NCBI GenBank assembly: GCA_032718475.1
Contig: JAUCBJ010005952.1
Span: forward strand, 1-34,968
DNA length: 34,968 nt
Reading direction: 5' to 3'
Source: Nemertoderma westbladi
Taxonomy: Eukaryota > Animalia > Xenacoelomorpha
Part shown: piece after piece, positions 22,684 to 34,744 of the stretch
Layout of the letters: every line of letters starts with the position of its first letter
Numbering within the stretch: position 1 is the first letter of the stretch
Notes under the pieces: model-generated
What the model saw: only the letters and a program-made list of their open reading frames with translations
Databases searched by the model: none
What the model was told of the DNA's origin: nothing
Program-made: the position numbers and the translations under genes

Positions 22684-23554
22684 TGTAACTTATTATTGAA
22701 CAGCAAATTTTACATATCCCATAAAAGTAGTCATAATTGTGTAGAAACAATATTGTTCACCGGCTGGTTTAGATTAATTAGTACATAAATAAAATAGTTT
22801 AGATATTTTTTGTTAGCGAAGTTATTTCGAATAATAAATTGTATGACTGTTTAATTTACGTTATGACTTTTCGAAGTGTAGGTATTTCTGGGCTTCTACT
22901 TGGATGTTCCTTAAATAAGCTCACCCCATTGGCTAACACTCTCCCATAGCCAAAAGGGGTGTCGGTTGGGGAACATCACTTTTGTTACTTTTAAATTTTA
23001 CGTAGCCTACGCCTGCAATACTCCTTCCGTATTAAACAGGTAAATTACAATTATTTTGTCTAATTTGCTAATGTTTGGTGTTATTTGTACCACACACTCT
23101 ATTAGGTTCAATAATTCATAATGATATTTGTGCAAGCCACGTAGTAGGCGAAGCATTTGTAAACTGTCAGTAGTCTTGGGCGGGGGGCATTAAAGGGAAA
23201 TATTTGTCATTCGTTTTTGTCGCGTAAGCCTACAGGCTTATGATTATTATTAAGACACACAAAAATATAAAAAAAATAATGAAAGTAAAATAGAATTGAA
23301 ACGAGGCTGAAACGACACCCCAATTGGAAATGTGCGCCCTGTCTAGTGATGTTAGTCTGGTATCTAGTCGTTAAGTCCCCCCACCCTCCACCCCCCCCCC
23401 CCCCTCCCCCACCCTAACTAGTTATTAGGAATAGGTTAGTTCCGACATTTATTAATTCTTACATACAGTTTTATTCTAACCTGGTTCTGTTTTAAATTGC
23501 TCTATTGAAATTAAATTTCTTATTGCAATATATAGAGCCAATCTCTAATCTCTG

Positions 23555-25587
23555 TACGGATTCTTCGTTGCATCCTCTGGGTTCATCATGGTCCAACCTA
23601 CGGATTCTTCGTTGCATCCTCTGGGTTCATCATGGTCCAACCTACGGATTCTTCGTTGCATCCTCTGGGTTCATCATGGTCCAACCTACGGATTCTTCGT
23701 TGCATCCTCTGGGTTCATCATGGTCCAACCTACGGATTCTTCGTTGCATCCTCTGGGTTCATCATGGTCCAACCTACGGATTCTTCGTTGCATCCTCTGG
23801 GTTCATCATGGTCCAACCTACGGATTCTTCGTTGCATCCTCTGGGTTCATCATGGTCCAACCTACGGATTCTTCGTTGCATCCTCTGGGTTCATCATGGT
23901 CCAACCTACGGATTCTTCGTTGCATCCTCTGGGTTCATCATGGTCCAACCTACGGATTCTTCGTTGCATCCTCTGGGTTCATCATGGTCCAACCTACGGA
24001 TTCTTCGTTGCATCCTCTGGGTTCATCATGGTCCAACCTACGGATTCTTCGTTGCATCCTCTGGGTTCATCATGGTCCAACCTACGGATTCTTCGTTGCA
24101 TCCTCTGGGTTCATCATGGTCCAACCTACGGATTCTTCGTTGCATCCTCTGGGTTCATCATGGTCCAACCTACGGATTCTTCGTTGCATCCTCTGGGTTC
24201 ATCATGGTCCAACCTACGGATTCTTCGTTGCATCCTCTGGGTTCATCATGGTCCAACCTACGGATTCTTCGTTGCATCCTCTGGGTTCATCATGGTCCAA
24301 CCTACGGATTCTTCGTTGCATCCTCTGGGTTCATCATGGTCCAACCTACGGATTCTTCGTTGCATCCTCTGGGTTCATCATGGTCCAACCTACGGATTCT
24401 TCGTTGCATCCTCTGGGTTCATCATGGTCCAACCTACGGATTCTTCGTTGCATCCTCTGGGTTCATCATGGTCCAACCTACGGATTCTTCGTTGCATCCT
24501 CTGGGTTCATCATGGTCCAACCTACGGATTCTTCGTTGCATCCTCTGGGTTCATCATGGTCCAACCTACGGATTCTTCGTTGCATCCTCTGGGTTCATCA
24601 TGGTCCAACCTACGGATTCTTCGTTGCATCCTCTGGGTTCATCATGGTCCAACCTACGGATTCTTCGTTGCATCCTCTGGGTTCATCATGGTCAAACCTA
24701 CGGATTCTTCGTTGCATCCTCTGGGTTCATCATGGTCCAACCTACGGATTCTTCGTTGCATCCTCTGGGTTCATCATGGTCCAACCTACGGATTCTTCGT
24801 TGCATCCTCTGGGTTCATCATGGTCCAACCTACGGATTCTTCGTTGCATCCTCTGGGTTCATCATGGTCCAACCTACGGATTCTTCGTTGCATCCTCTGG
24901 GTTCATCATGGTCCAACCTACGGATTCTTCGTTGCATCCTCTGGGTTCATCATGGTCCAACCTACGGATTCTTCGTTGCATCCTCTGGGTTCATCATGGT
25001 CCAACCTACGGATTCTTCGTTGCATCCTCTGGGTTCATCATGGTCAAACCTACGGATTCTTCGTTGCATCCTCTGGGTTCATCATGGTCAAACCTACGGA
25101 TTCTTCGTTGCATCCTCTGGGTTCATCATGGTCCAACCTACGGATTCTTCGTTGCATCCTCTCGGTTCATCATGGTCCAACCTACGGATTCTTCGTTGCA
25201 TCCTCTGGGTTCATCATGGTCCAACCTACGGATTCTTCGTTGCATCCTCTGGGTTCATCATGGTCCAACCTACGGATTCTTCGTTGCATCCTCTGGGTTC
25301 ATCATGGTCCAACCTACGGTTTCTTCGTTGCATCCTCTGGGTTCATCATGGTCCAACCTACGGTTTCTTCGTTGCATCCTCTGGGTTCATCATGGTCCAA
25401 CCTACGGATTCTTCGTTGCATCCTCTGGGTTCATCATGGTCCAACCTACGGTTTCTTCGTTGCATCCTCTGGGTTCATCATGGTCCAACCTACGGATTCT
25501 TCGTTGCATCCTCTGGGTTCATCATGGTCCAACCTACGGATTCTTCGTTGCATCCTCTGGGTTCATCATGGTCCAACCTACGGATTC
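23555..25587. repeat. 44-bp tandem satellite, 46 full copies plus 9 bp
   Basis: Unit TACGGATTCTTCGTTGCATCCTCTGGGTTCATCATGGTCCAACC; (25579-23555)/44 = 46. Copies are head-to-tail with no spacers. Confidence 0.99.
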
Positions 25588-26802
25588 CCTTTCCTCCTCC
25601 TTTACTGTCTTTTGATTCTTTATTTTCTTTTCTGCCATCCCCTTTGTCTCACCTAACCTGTGTTGCCTTACTTACTAAGGCTCCATTTAAGTGAGACTGG
25701 TCGTAATTTAACATCCTGTGAGGTTATATCTGTCACGGAAACATTTTGAAGTTGCCTTGGACTGTTATGAACCAATTTAAGTAATTTTAAAATTTTAATC
25801 ACAAATGTTAATACATCGATACATTACTTACCTTCTATATTCAAAGTTTTAATTGTGAAATAATTTTGTTTGATTTTTAATCTCATATTTGTGTTTTATA
25901 ATTACTTTTTCTCACAACATTAGAATCTAGTGCGCACAATATAGGTAAGTTGTGCGCACAACTTATTATCTATTACATTCAATACTGTTTGCTGACTTAA
26001 ACTCCCAAAAACGACGCTTCTCATGAACCTTAGTACTAAAATTTACAAAAAATGAAAATGATATCCATCCTTCATGAAAATTTCAAATTTATAACTTTTA
26101 AATTCGTATCAAGTAGATAGATATATTTATGAATTATTTAAAACAATAACAATACACCAAACAATGTATAAGTATTGTCAAACATAAAATGATTACCCCT
26201 AAACTCATCTCATATTTAACAATTTTTTTTAGCGGGAAATAATATGATAAGGTTGGCAGGAAGTAATTTGGTAAAATAAAACGACATGATAGAAGTATCT
26301 ACGGTAATTTTCTAATTAAATGCAACTTCATTACAAAATAATTGATGATTTAATATAACGAACATTACTAATATAGCAGGTAATAACAATAATTACTAAT
26401 TCAAAGTAGAAAAACAAAGAATAGCACCGAATTTATTCTAACATAATTTAAAATCTATTCCCGTCCAGATCGATATAGGTCTACCACATAGTTTATAATA
26501 ATAACTTAAATATTTTAAAGTTTTGTATTTAAAATTTGGCCCATTAAAATTACATGAGTTTTTGTAAGAGACCAAAAGAAATTTGTAAACAATAAACACG
26601 GTGATGTGAACTATAGCACAAACTTAAATTACTGTGTAAATCTATTTAAATATAATGTAGAAAGATTATAAAACACTTTCCCTAAACTTAGACTAACATA
26701 ACATTATAAGTAACATTTTTATCATTTTATATATGGCATACTCACTAGTCACTCTTACATAGTATATTAATACGGTAGGTTTAGACATACATTTATGTTG
26801 GC

Positions 26803-27087
26803 TTAAGCCCTCTCACACGGTGCAACTTGTGTCAGCAAAGTGTATCTGCAACCATCAACTATTAGCTAGTGTTAAAATGGGATATAATGTAACTTTTTAA
26901 AAATGTTGCAGCAATAAGTGTTTGACTTTGTCTCGGAAACTTCCATCTGCGTTTTGTTGCGCAATGTTGCGCAATGTTGCTGAGAATGTTCAGCAACTTA
27001 TTGCTGAGAGATGCTGACCCCTTAACATGAAGGACTTCAATTTCAGACACAAAGTTGCAGCAACAAAAGTGGCCGCGTGGGGGCTTA
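26803..27087. mobile_element. Degenerate MITE (possibly PIF/Harbinger-like) with GCAAC/GTTGC internal repeats
   Basis: TAAGCCCTCTCACACGGTGCAACTT ... AAGTGGCCGCGTGGGGGCTTA form imperfect inverted ends. Confidence 0.5.
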
Positions 27088-27132
27088 GGTATACAATGTG
27101 TAGACTAAGGCCTACCTACATTAGTATGTTAT

Positions 27133-27664
27133 GTGGGGCGAGCCACGAAGTTGGCGGAGCCTTAGCGAATTGACACTGTTAGGGGGTGGGTCAATTTACG
27201 CAAATAGTTGTCGTCGTCGTCGTTGTCGTCGTCGTCGTCGTCGTCGTTGTCGTCGTCGTCGTCGTTGTCGTCGTCGTCGTCGTTACGATTTTGACATGCT
27301 AATAACTTTGTCGGATTTAAAGCTGCCAAGTTGAAAATTTGTAGGTATCAATATGAGCAAAAGTTGAGATTTTTGAGAGACTTTCAGACACCATCAGTGC
27401 AATGGTCTCCCGCTAGAGGGCCACATGTCTAAACATTAAATGCCCTCCCATTTCTTTGCTTTTAATCCGTTTAAGCTGAAACTTGGCAGATATGTATTAG
27501 ACCATTAGCTGTGACTTTCAAAGGAGGCGAATCCATCTGCAGTTCTCCAGTCTGCCGCTAGAGGGCCAACGTGACAACGACAACTATTTGCATAAATTGA
27601 CCCACCCCCTAACAGTGTCAATTCGCTAAGGCTCTGCCAACTTCGTGCTGCGCGAAGTCCCCAC
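27133..27664 (+). mobile_element. 532-bp non-autonomous element with ~75-bp subterminal inverted repeats and a (GTC)n microsatellite; same end family as 3982-4591
   Basis: GTGGGGCGAGCCACG ... CGTGCTGCGCGAAGTCCCCAC ends; ~27144-27215 is the reverse complement of ~27577-27646; (TCG/TTG)n at ~27207-27283. Confidence 0.85.
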
Positions 27665-28318
27665 TTCGTGTAGATGTATACATTCGTGGCTCGCCCTACA
27701 TTAGCATGTTACTAAAAAATTCCGGCAAAATAAGTTAGCATCATTATGAGCTATGGTAAGTAACCTACTCAATGCAATGGCAAGTAAGTAAATTAGTAAA
27801 TAGTGATATTGTAAATCAAAATAATATCGACCAACATGATTTAACTACAAGGTTTGTCCTAAACCATTGGCGGTATTCTTGTGTTTCCAGGTCCCGCCGT
27901 ACAATAATTTATTGTGTCAAACAAAGGACATGGAACTAAACAATTTGGTATTTGGTTTATTATTCTGACGGCCCCTTCCAATACAATCATATATAATTAC
28001 ATATTAACAACAATAACTTAACATGACACCCACAATTTATATTATATATTTAGTATTTTATAGGTGTATTAAAATATTTTGTATTATTTAAAGATCCTAT
28101 GTTTTTAAATGACCAAAGGAAGTTATTATTGGTATATTGTATATAGATACGTAGATAGATTATGACTTATTTATATAAATAAATGTGAATAGCCTGTATA
28201 GTTATTTACTGTAATAATATATTTATCCATATTTAGCACAAATGTTTTTCTTGTTATATCGATGACTATTAATCCGAAACTCAAATATATTTTTTACCAA
28301 ATTATTCAAAGTAGTCAG

Positions 28319-28528
28319 CTAATACGGCGAGGGTCCACTTAGCTGAGCTATACCATATGGATTGAATGCGGATGTCATTTGGGGCAGCACTGATGACATG
28401 GATGATATATAGTTTTGGGGTTCTTGTTTGATCTCCGGTATGCTATCCGGGGTTCTAGAATACTTCTGTTTTTGTTTCCTTTTCCTGGTTTGTATGCTGT
28501 CCTTCTTCATGGCGAGAGGGCGAGCCAC
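28319..28528 (-). CDS. GATA: GATA transcription factor, last coding exon (basic tail and C-terminus)
   Basis: TTTCTAG acceptor, VARPLAMKKDSIQTRKRKQK...PSPY*; phase 0. Confidence 0.93.
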   Translation of the reverse strand: MARPLAMKKDSIQTRKRKQKQKYSRTPDSIPEIKQEPQNYISSMSSVLPQMTSAFNPYGIAQLSGPSPY

Positions 28529-28716
28529 CTAGAAATAATACATTGTAAAATAAATTTTAAGGTTATTTTAATAGTAAATTTGTCATAAAATATGTTTTTA
28601 TGTCAATTTGCAGAACTGAGTATACAATACTACTGAGCAATGAACTGACAGTGAAATTTGGAGATATATGATGGATTGGGTGATTTTTCGAATTGCATTC
28701 ACTACCATCCAATTAC

Positions 28717-28988
28717 CTTATGCAATTTGTAGTACAGACCACAAGCGTTGCAAACCGGATCTCCCATTTCGTTACGCCGCCATAGTGTGGTTTCATTGGT
28801 CTGACAGTTTACACAGGACATTCCCCCTCGTTTTATGGGTGGTTGTTTTTTGGGGGACTTGGCAAGTGGTCGGGATTGGCCATTCACTTTATGATAAAGG
28901 CCACACGCGTTGCAGAGGTAATGGCCCGTATCGTCTCTTCTCCACAATGGTGTATTGATCGCTCCACAATTGACACATTCACGGGATT
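28717..28988 (-). CDS. GATA: GATA transcription factor, exon encoding both C4 zinc fingers
   Basis: CVNC-x17-CNAC twice with a 29-aa linker; TTTCTAG acceptor (phase 1) and AAG|GTAATT donor (phase 0). Confidence 0.97.
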
Positions 28989-29542
28989 CTAGAAACAACA
29001 TTTACAGTAACGGTAGTTATATTTATCATTATTGTATTCACAGCATAGCGTACCGGTACTCTATTAAAGGCCTTGCAAGCGTGCAGCCTTCATAATTTAT
29101 GGAGGCTGGATTATAACCGCCGGTAGCGTACTGCTGTACTGTGTTTGTGCAGGCATGGGGAGAGTTCTATAAATTTTCATTTGTTGCAATTTGGATAATG
29201 GACGTAATTGAAGTTTCCTCGTTAAGCAAAATAAAAATTTTATGGTAGCTAGTGTTTTAGCTAGGTTTAGCCGTTTAGCTAGTAATTTCAACACTGGTTC
29301 CGATATCCTACTTCCTTCTATAAAAATTTTATAGTAGCTAGTTCTTATTTCTATTTGTATAGAAAATGTTCCAGAACATGTTAGCTATTCATTTTTAAAA
29401 ACAATTATGTTCTAGAACAAATATTTTTTGTTCTTGAACATTTTTTAGAAAAAAATCTGGATTCGATTTAAAACGCATGGAATCGTCCTAAAACGTGTTT
29501 AAAATTGTTTAAAATGTTTAAAACCTAAACTAGTAGGATAGA

Positions 29543-29680
29543 CTACCTACACGAGGATGAATCACTACCTACAACAGGGCGATTAGCTACCTACACGAGG
29601 GCAATTCGCTTCCTACACCAGGACGATTCGCTAACTACACGAGCGCGAGGGCGATTAGCTACCTACACCAAGACGATTCG
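29543..29680. repeat. Six degenerate copies of a 22-bp unit in a GATA intron
   Basis: Consensus CTACCTACACGAGGGCGATT(A/C)G. Confidence 0.8.
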
Positions 29681-29981
29681 CAAGGTTCATATCATAGGAT
29701 GCAATGCCCACTTAACTAATGAGCATATTATTAGAGAATTGTGCAATCTCTGTAGTGACGTAATATTGTCCAAAACCCAGTATCACCCTGCATGTACTGC
29801 AGATGAGTTTGGCCAGCCTGTGTCATCATCGATGTTATTCGTTTCCTCTAAAGTATGGGGCATTGACTGGAGGTAGGAGGAGGTTTACTGGAGATAATGG
29901 GAGGTTTATAATAGTCTTAAGTTAATATTAATGATAAGTTAATTATATGTTAAAACACTTATAATCTTTATTGAGACAAAC

Positions 29982-30222
29982 CGTAAATCATTCCATATGA
30001 ACCATCGTAGGGTCCTCCTGGGTCTATATTGTATCCCAAACCGGTCGTCCCTGGGAACTGTGGCCCGTAGTTAATGTGTGGCATTGACGACCCGTAATGA
30101 TCCAATAGACTGTTGCCACACTGTCCGCCCCCTAACGACGGTTGCGGGATCACTAAAGGCATGATCATACTTTTTGACGTGTTTGTAGTTCTGGAATCGT
30201 AGATATTATTTGGTCCTTCATT
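29982..30222 (-). CDS. GATA: GATA transcription factor, second coding exon (G/Y/P-rich)
   Basis: ATAATAG acceptor, NEGPNNIY...GSYGMIY, G|GTTTGT donor. Phases 0 and 1 link the flanking exons in frame. Confidence 0.75.
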
Positions 30223-30772
30223 CTATTATCAAAATGGCATAATGTAACAATAGAACTGAACGAAAAAGACATTAAGGGTAGTGAGTAAGGCTCATTCGTG
30301 CAGAATTAAGTTTTGGGGGATCGCGGACTACTTATTAGTAGGACCGAAATATCCGAAGTATTATAGCCAATCATGTTTCAATTATAAAGCGACGAACTGT
30401 CAATCATGTTATTTCAACATACAGTGCTGGTTATGTAACCCAACAACGTCAATAGTACCAATTCATTATCGTTTTGAGAAACACAAGTTCCAATGATTAT
30501 AAGTTAGTTATTATTGAAATTAATATCAACCCGGGTTGAAATTCAAGAAAAAAATATCAATATAAAAATGAAAAATAATAGTGAATTATTTTTGCCGCTT
30601 TCATCCACCGTACGTGTACGCATGCACCGGTACCAGGAACCGCCACCGTACCCAGAGACAGATTCGGTGAATTTCGGTTAATTGAAAACTAGTCATAAAA
30701 AACTTCCTTTTTACAATTGATTATAATAAATTCAATATTTTTGTTTTTGCAGTTCGACAATTTTTCACCAAC

Positions 30773-31501
30773 CTGAGACCATAATTTAGCCGGGTAATAC
30801 AATGAAGGAGAAATACTGGAATGAGAAAGTGATGGCGATTTGATAACTCCAACGGATACGGTCGGTTGCATGACGAGGGCAGAACTAGGGTGCTCCGATT
30901 TAATCACGGATCGTGGATCTGGGCCGAATGGTCCGCTTGTGGCGAGCGGACTACCGCTGTAAGGGAGACTCCCGCTGCCCGAGGATAAGCAACTCCCATA
31001 GTTCGTGCTGGATAGGTTGCCCCCCAGATAGGGTCTCTGACCGCCAAACTGAATCCGCGATGGATAGAAGTTCCTGGAGTGATCGAGATGAGTGAAGAAC
31101 GTCTCCACGTCCTCCTGAGGGAGGAGATTCCCCGCTTCCAGAGTTTGCGTCTCATTCGGTACCTCAGTAGGAATGTACGAGTTGCGGATGTCTTCGCTAT
31201 AGCTGGTGCGGTGTAATGTTCTAGAGGCAGATCCCAGCACGGTTGCTAGGGAACTGTATTGGTCATCGGATGGAACATCAGATCGATATCTGGAGCTTCG
31301 CACTTGGGCGGCAGCGGCGAGTTCTAAATGTTTTTGTATGTCGACTGTCTGCAGTCTGTGGTGTGAAGTTTCGTCCAACAGCGCCTGTCTCCATCTATTC
31401 TCCGTGGCTTCTACGTCGTCATGGTTACAGACGGAGGATTCCGCGTTGCCAACACTGACCGGAGAGTTGGATTCCGTGGAAGTTTGATCGGGAATGTCCA
31501 T
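30773..31501 (-). CDS. GATA: GATA transcription factor, first coding exon (243 codons)
   Basis: TTATAG acceptor at 31505, ATG at 31501, motif LLPQEDVETFFTHLD, donor CAG|GTTGGT. The four exons total 1452 nt (483 aa plus stop). Confidence 0.85.
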
Positions 31502-32929
31502 CACCTATAATAAAATAAAATAAAAGATTTGTAAATCATTTAATTTAGAAAGAGCTGTCATGAAGATATTTTGGTATACTTAGGAATGGGGTTCACGACT
31601 CAAATTCAAAACCAGATTAATTATAGATGCAATAATATCACAGAAACACAATGGCGTTTACAGAATTCAATAAGATGCTAAAATAGCCGAGATATTGGTG
31701 TTTTCAGTTTAAGAATTATTCAAGAATTATTTATTTACTTATAGTTCGCTCCGTCCAGATTCAACCTATAATGATTTAACTTTTTGTATATTTGTTTGCT
31801 TTCATATTGTTCTGTGCCATATCCCGGTGAAATTTAAAATGACACGGATATTGTTCCACGGTTATTCCCAGAAGTATTATTTTTAGTAGAATCATTGTTT
31901 ATTAATTATTTTGAAATGCTTTCTATAAGAATTTAATTTTGTGCACTAAATAGGCTACAATTTTTGTTAAATAATAATGTTACTAAATGTTTATTATTCT
32001 TGTAAAATTAAAGGTTACAAATAATGCTTGTAGGAGGACACACCATCTGAATAATATGAAACATACCGATAATGCTGAAATTCACATTTTAAAACTTAAA
32101 TATTAGGTAGTCAGAATGTCTCACTGTAGATTATACGTAACTAGTTACAAGTAACACAAAAAAAATATATATATGTAATATCCTAAAATATATGAACGGC
32201 CGAAATATCTTGACTTCAAATTTTATGGGAAATCCTAGTAAAAAAAAGTTAGGAATGGCGGCTATTCGCTTAATTCAAAAAATAAACATACTTGTAAAAA
32301 GGAGCGCTTTTTAGAAAAGTTTATTCTAAAAAAAATTAATTTATAATTAAAATTTTATATGACATCTAGTCCTTGAAAATATTACTGCCATTTAGAATAC
32401 CAAATTTTTAAGGTGAGTAGTACATGCATATTCTCCATACAAACTACTACAGTATTAAGCCTCGGTACACTTTTAGAACGCATCAGATTACTGTATAGGT
32501 CAACTGTTCTTGCATTCCTACCAGAATTGAATGGGCTTTCTGGTGAACCAATTTTTTTTTAATTTCAATTTTTTTTTCATATAGTAAGCTTATTTTTTGA
32601 AAAATGGACATAATTTTCAAAAAAATAGCCAAATAATTAGTGTCACAAACTTTCAAATCATAATCTGTGTTTATGCGTACATTATATAAAAAAAAAAAAT
32701 TAGTTCACGTTATTCTACGGTAAAAAGTGATCCTAGTGAGAAATTTCCAAGACTATAACTCAAATAGCAGCTGAGAAAAATGTACCGAAAAAGTTTGAAA
32801 AACACATTTTGAGAAAAATCAAGTTCAAATTTGAACCTTCCCGCGCAAAAACTGTCTGTTATTATGAAATAATGTCTGTCACTATATACCTAGCAAAAAG
32901 AAAGCTCAAACCCATGCTAAGATTTATGC

Positions 32930-33350
32930 TATGGGGTTTTCCTGGTCGCTGATTTCATTTCTGAGGTCAGTTTTCACTTTTAATGAAATCTTGTTTGTCT
33001 GTATGTCTGTCTGTCGGTCTTACTGACTATCCGACAATATGTCCATCAAATATAAGAAAATGGCATACAATCTAATTAAACTAGTCGCAAAATTCAATTC
33101 TAGTGTCAGATTTAACATTTGATGACTTCCAAATTGTCTGTTTGGCAGTCAGTCTGTCGGTTATATTTTGACGGACACACTGACAGGCATACAGACAGAA
33201 ACGACGAGGCCAAATTTGAATATTGACATCAGAAATGAAGTCACCGACTACGAAAACCCATATAGGGAATTTTTTTAGACAGATAGTTTGCTTTTTAATG
33301 ACGGACAGATATACTGACGGACAAACCGACAGTCAATCGGACAGACAGCC
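32930..33350. mobile_element. Further copy of the (GACA)n / AATGAAATCAGCGACC interspersed repeat family
   Basis: GGGGTTTTCCTGGTCGCTGATTTCATTTC at ~32933 and inverted AAATGAAGTCACCGAC...AAAACCC at ~33233 match modules in 11230-13240. Confidence 0.6.
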
Positions 33351-34744
33351 ATATTTCGAGAATTAAGACAGATCTTGCTGAACGGTTTTCAAATTTGGAA
33401 TCTTCATAAAGATCTGCTCTAAATGAAACAGAATAAAAAATTTGAAAAAAAATAAAAACACAAACAAGCAACCATAAATACTAGATTGAACATTGATAAA
33501 TATTGTAACGCCCACATAAAATAGACAAGCGATATGGCAGTTTAAAAAAGTTCAATTTATTGAACCTATGAAATTTTTTTCAGGACTGCAAAACGTTTAT
33601 CTATACTTTTATTACATCAATTATTTAGTGTTGTTTGGTATATTTTTTTGTAGAAGTAAAAATAAATATGTGCATTTAATTATCATTATTTAAATTCAAA
33701 TAATTTTCTTTTACAAATACGAGACATTAATAAATAAATCAATCTACCCGATTCATTTCACTAAGTTTAGTAAATAGTATTGTTTCATTAAGAATGCTAA
33801 AGTATGTCTTGTCCCAATTATTTTTGAATAATCGTCAACTTTCCCCTACCTAATAAAGGTCAACCATTATATATTAGAAGTCCTGAAGTCTAACTGATCT
33901 AACCTGATCAAGAATTTATTATTGTCGAATAATTTGTTCAACATTGACAAATAAATTCATAAGAGAAATATTTAAAATAAAATTGTATCCAATATAAGTT
34001 TAATAATGCACGACTATTCATTATACTACTTAATATATATTTATGCATGTATGAGCATTGATACTTTCGCTAAATTGCTATAGCCAGACCGCAGGTAGGT
34101 CATTAATAATTTTCGTTTACGATGTCCCATCAGAGCAAACAATTACAAGAGCAAAGTGTACATTAGGATGGTTAAATGTATGCATTGTGGTAGGTCGTTT
34201 GGTTGAGCTGTGAGCACGCCGCTTTCTTCAACCAACAGTATAAGCTCAAAGGTCGCCTCTATTGGGGCTACTAGCACGTCTTGTGTTAACTCACATAGTA
34301 TGTTGTCTACCTTGGTGAGATGTTGAACTAAACATACAATAAAATTACTCTATAATTAATAATTAAGTTGCTTTAATACATATATTATATACAGTGGCAA
34401 AATGACGACGTCAATAATATCGATATTGTTAAACCTTATTAAATCGGAATGAATTTAAAATTGTCTTATAAACTGTTTATAGGCGCTTATTAAAACATAT
34501 GATTATATACTGTATATTCTGTATAAATGAAAAAAAAAGTAAAGAAGAAAGTATATCTAATCAGTGACTGTTAAACACCATTGAACCTTGGCATTTTGGT
34601 AACATGCACCCCGTTATAAGAGCGTTAGTGAAATAGATTACACTTGGATAATCCCATATTATCCATTATATATTTGTTAGACCACCTACCAGTACGCTTA
34701 AATCTTTTATCTTTCGATTGTCTCCCCTACACCTGAAATTGAAA

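Noticed and set aside
23555-25587. CRISPR array
   Set aside because: Units are head-to-tail with no unique spacers, there are no cas genes, and the context is eukaryotic.
23505-25694. Three 674-729 aa plus-strand ORFs
   Set aside because: Artefact of a 44-bp unit with no plus-strand stop; all three frames give the same 44-aa cycle.
27131-27334. Protamine-like Arg-rich ORF
   Set aside because: Translation of the (GTC)n microsatellite inside a transposon.
29760-29915. Additional GATA exon
   Set aside because: The candidate acceptors I tried hit stops or lacked a phase-compatible donor, and the four-exon model is already in frame.
34200-34330. Non-coding first exon of GATA (AAG|GTAGAC donor near 34310)
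   Set aside because: A single donor-like site cannot be supported without transcript data.
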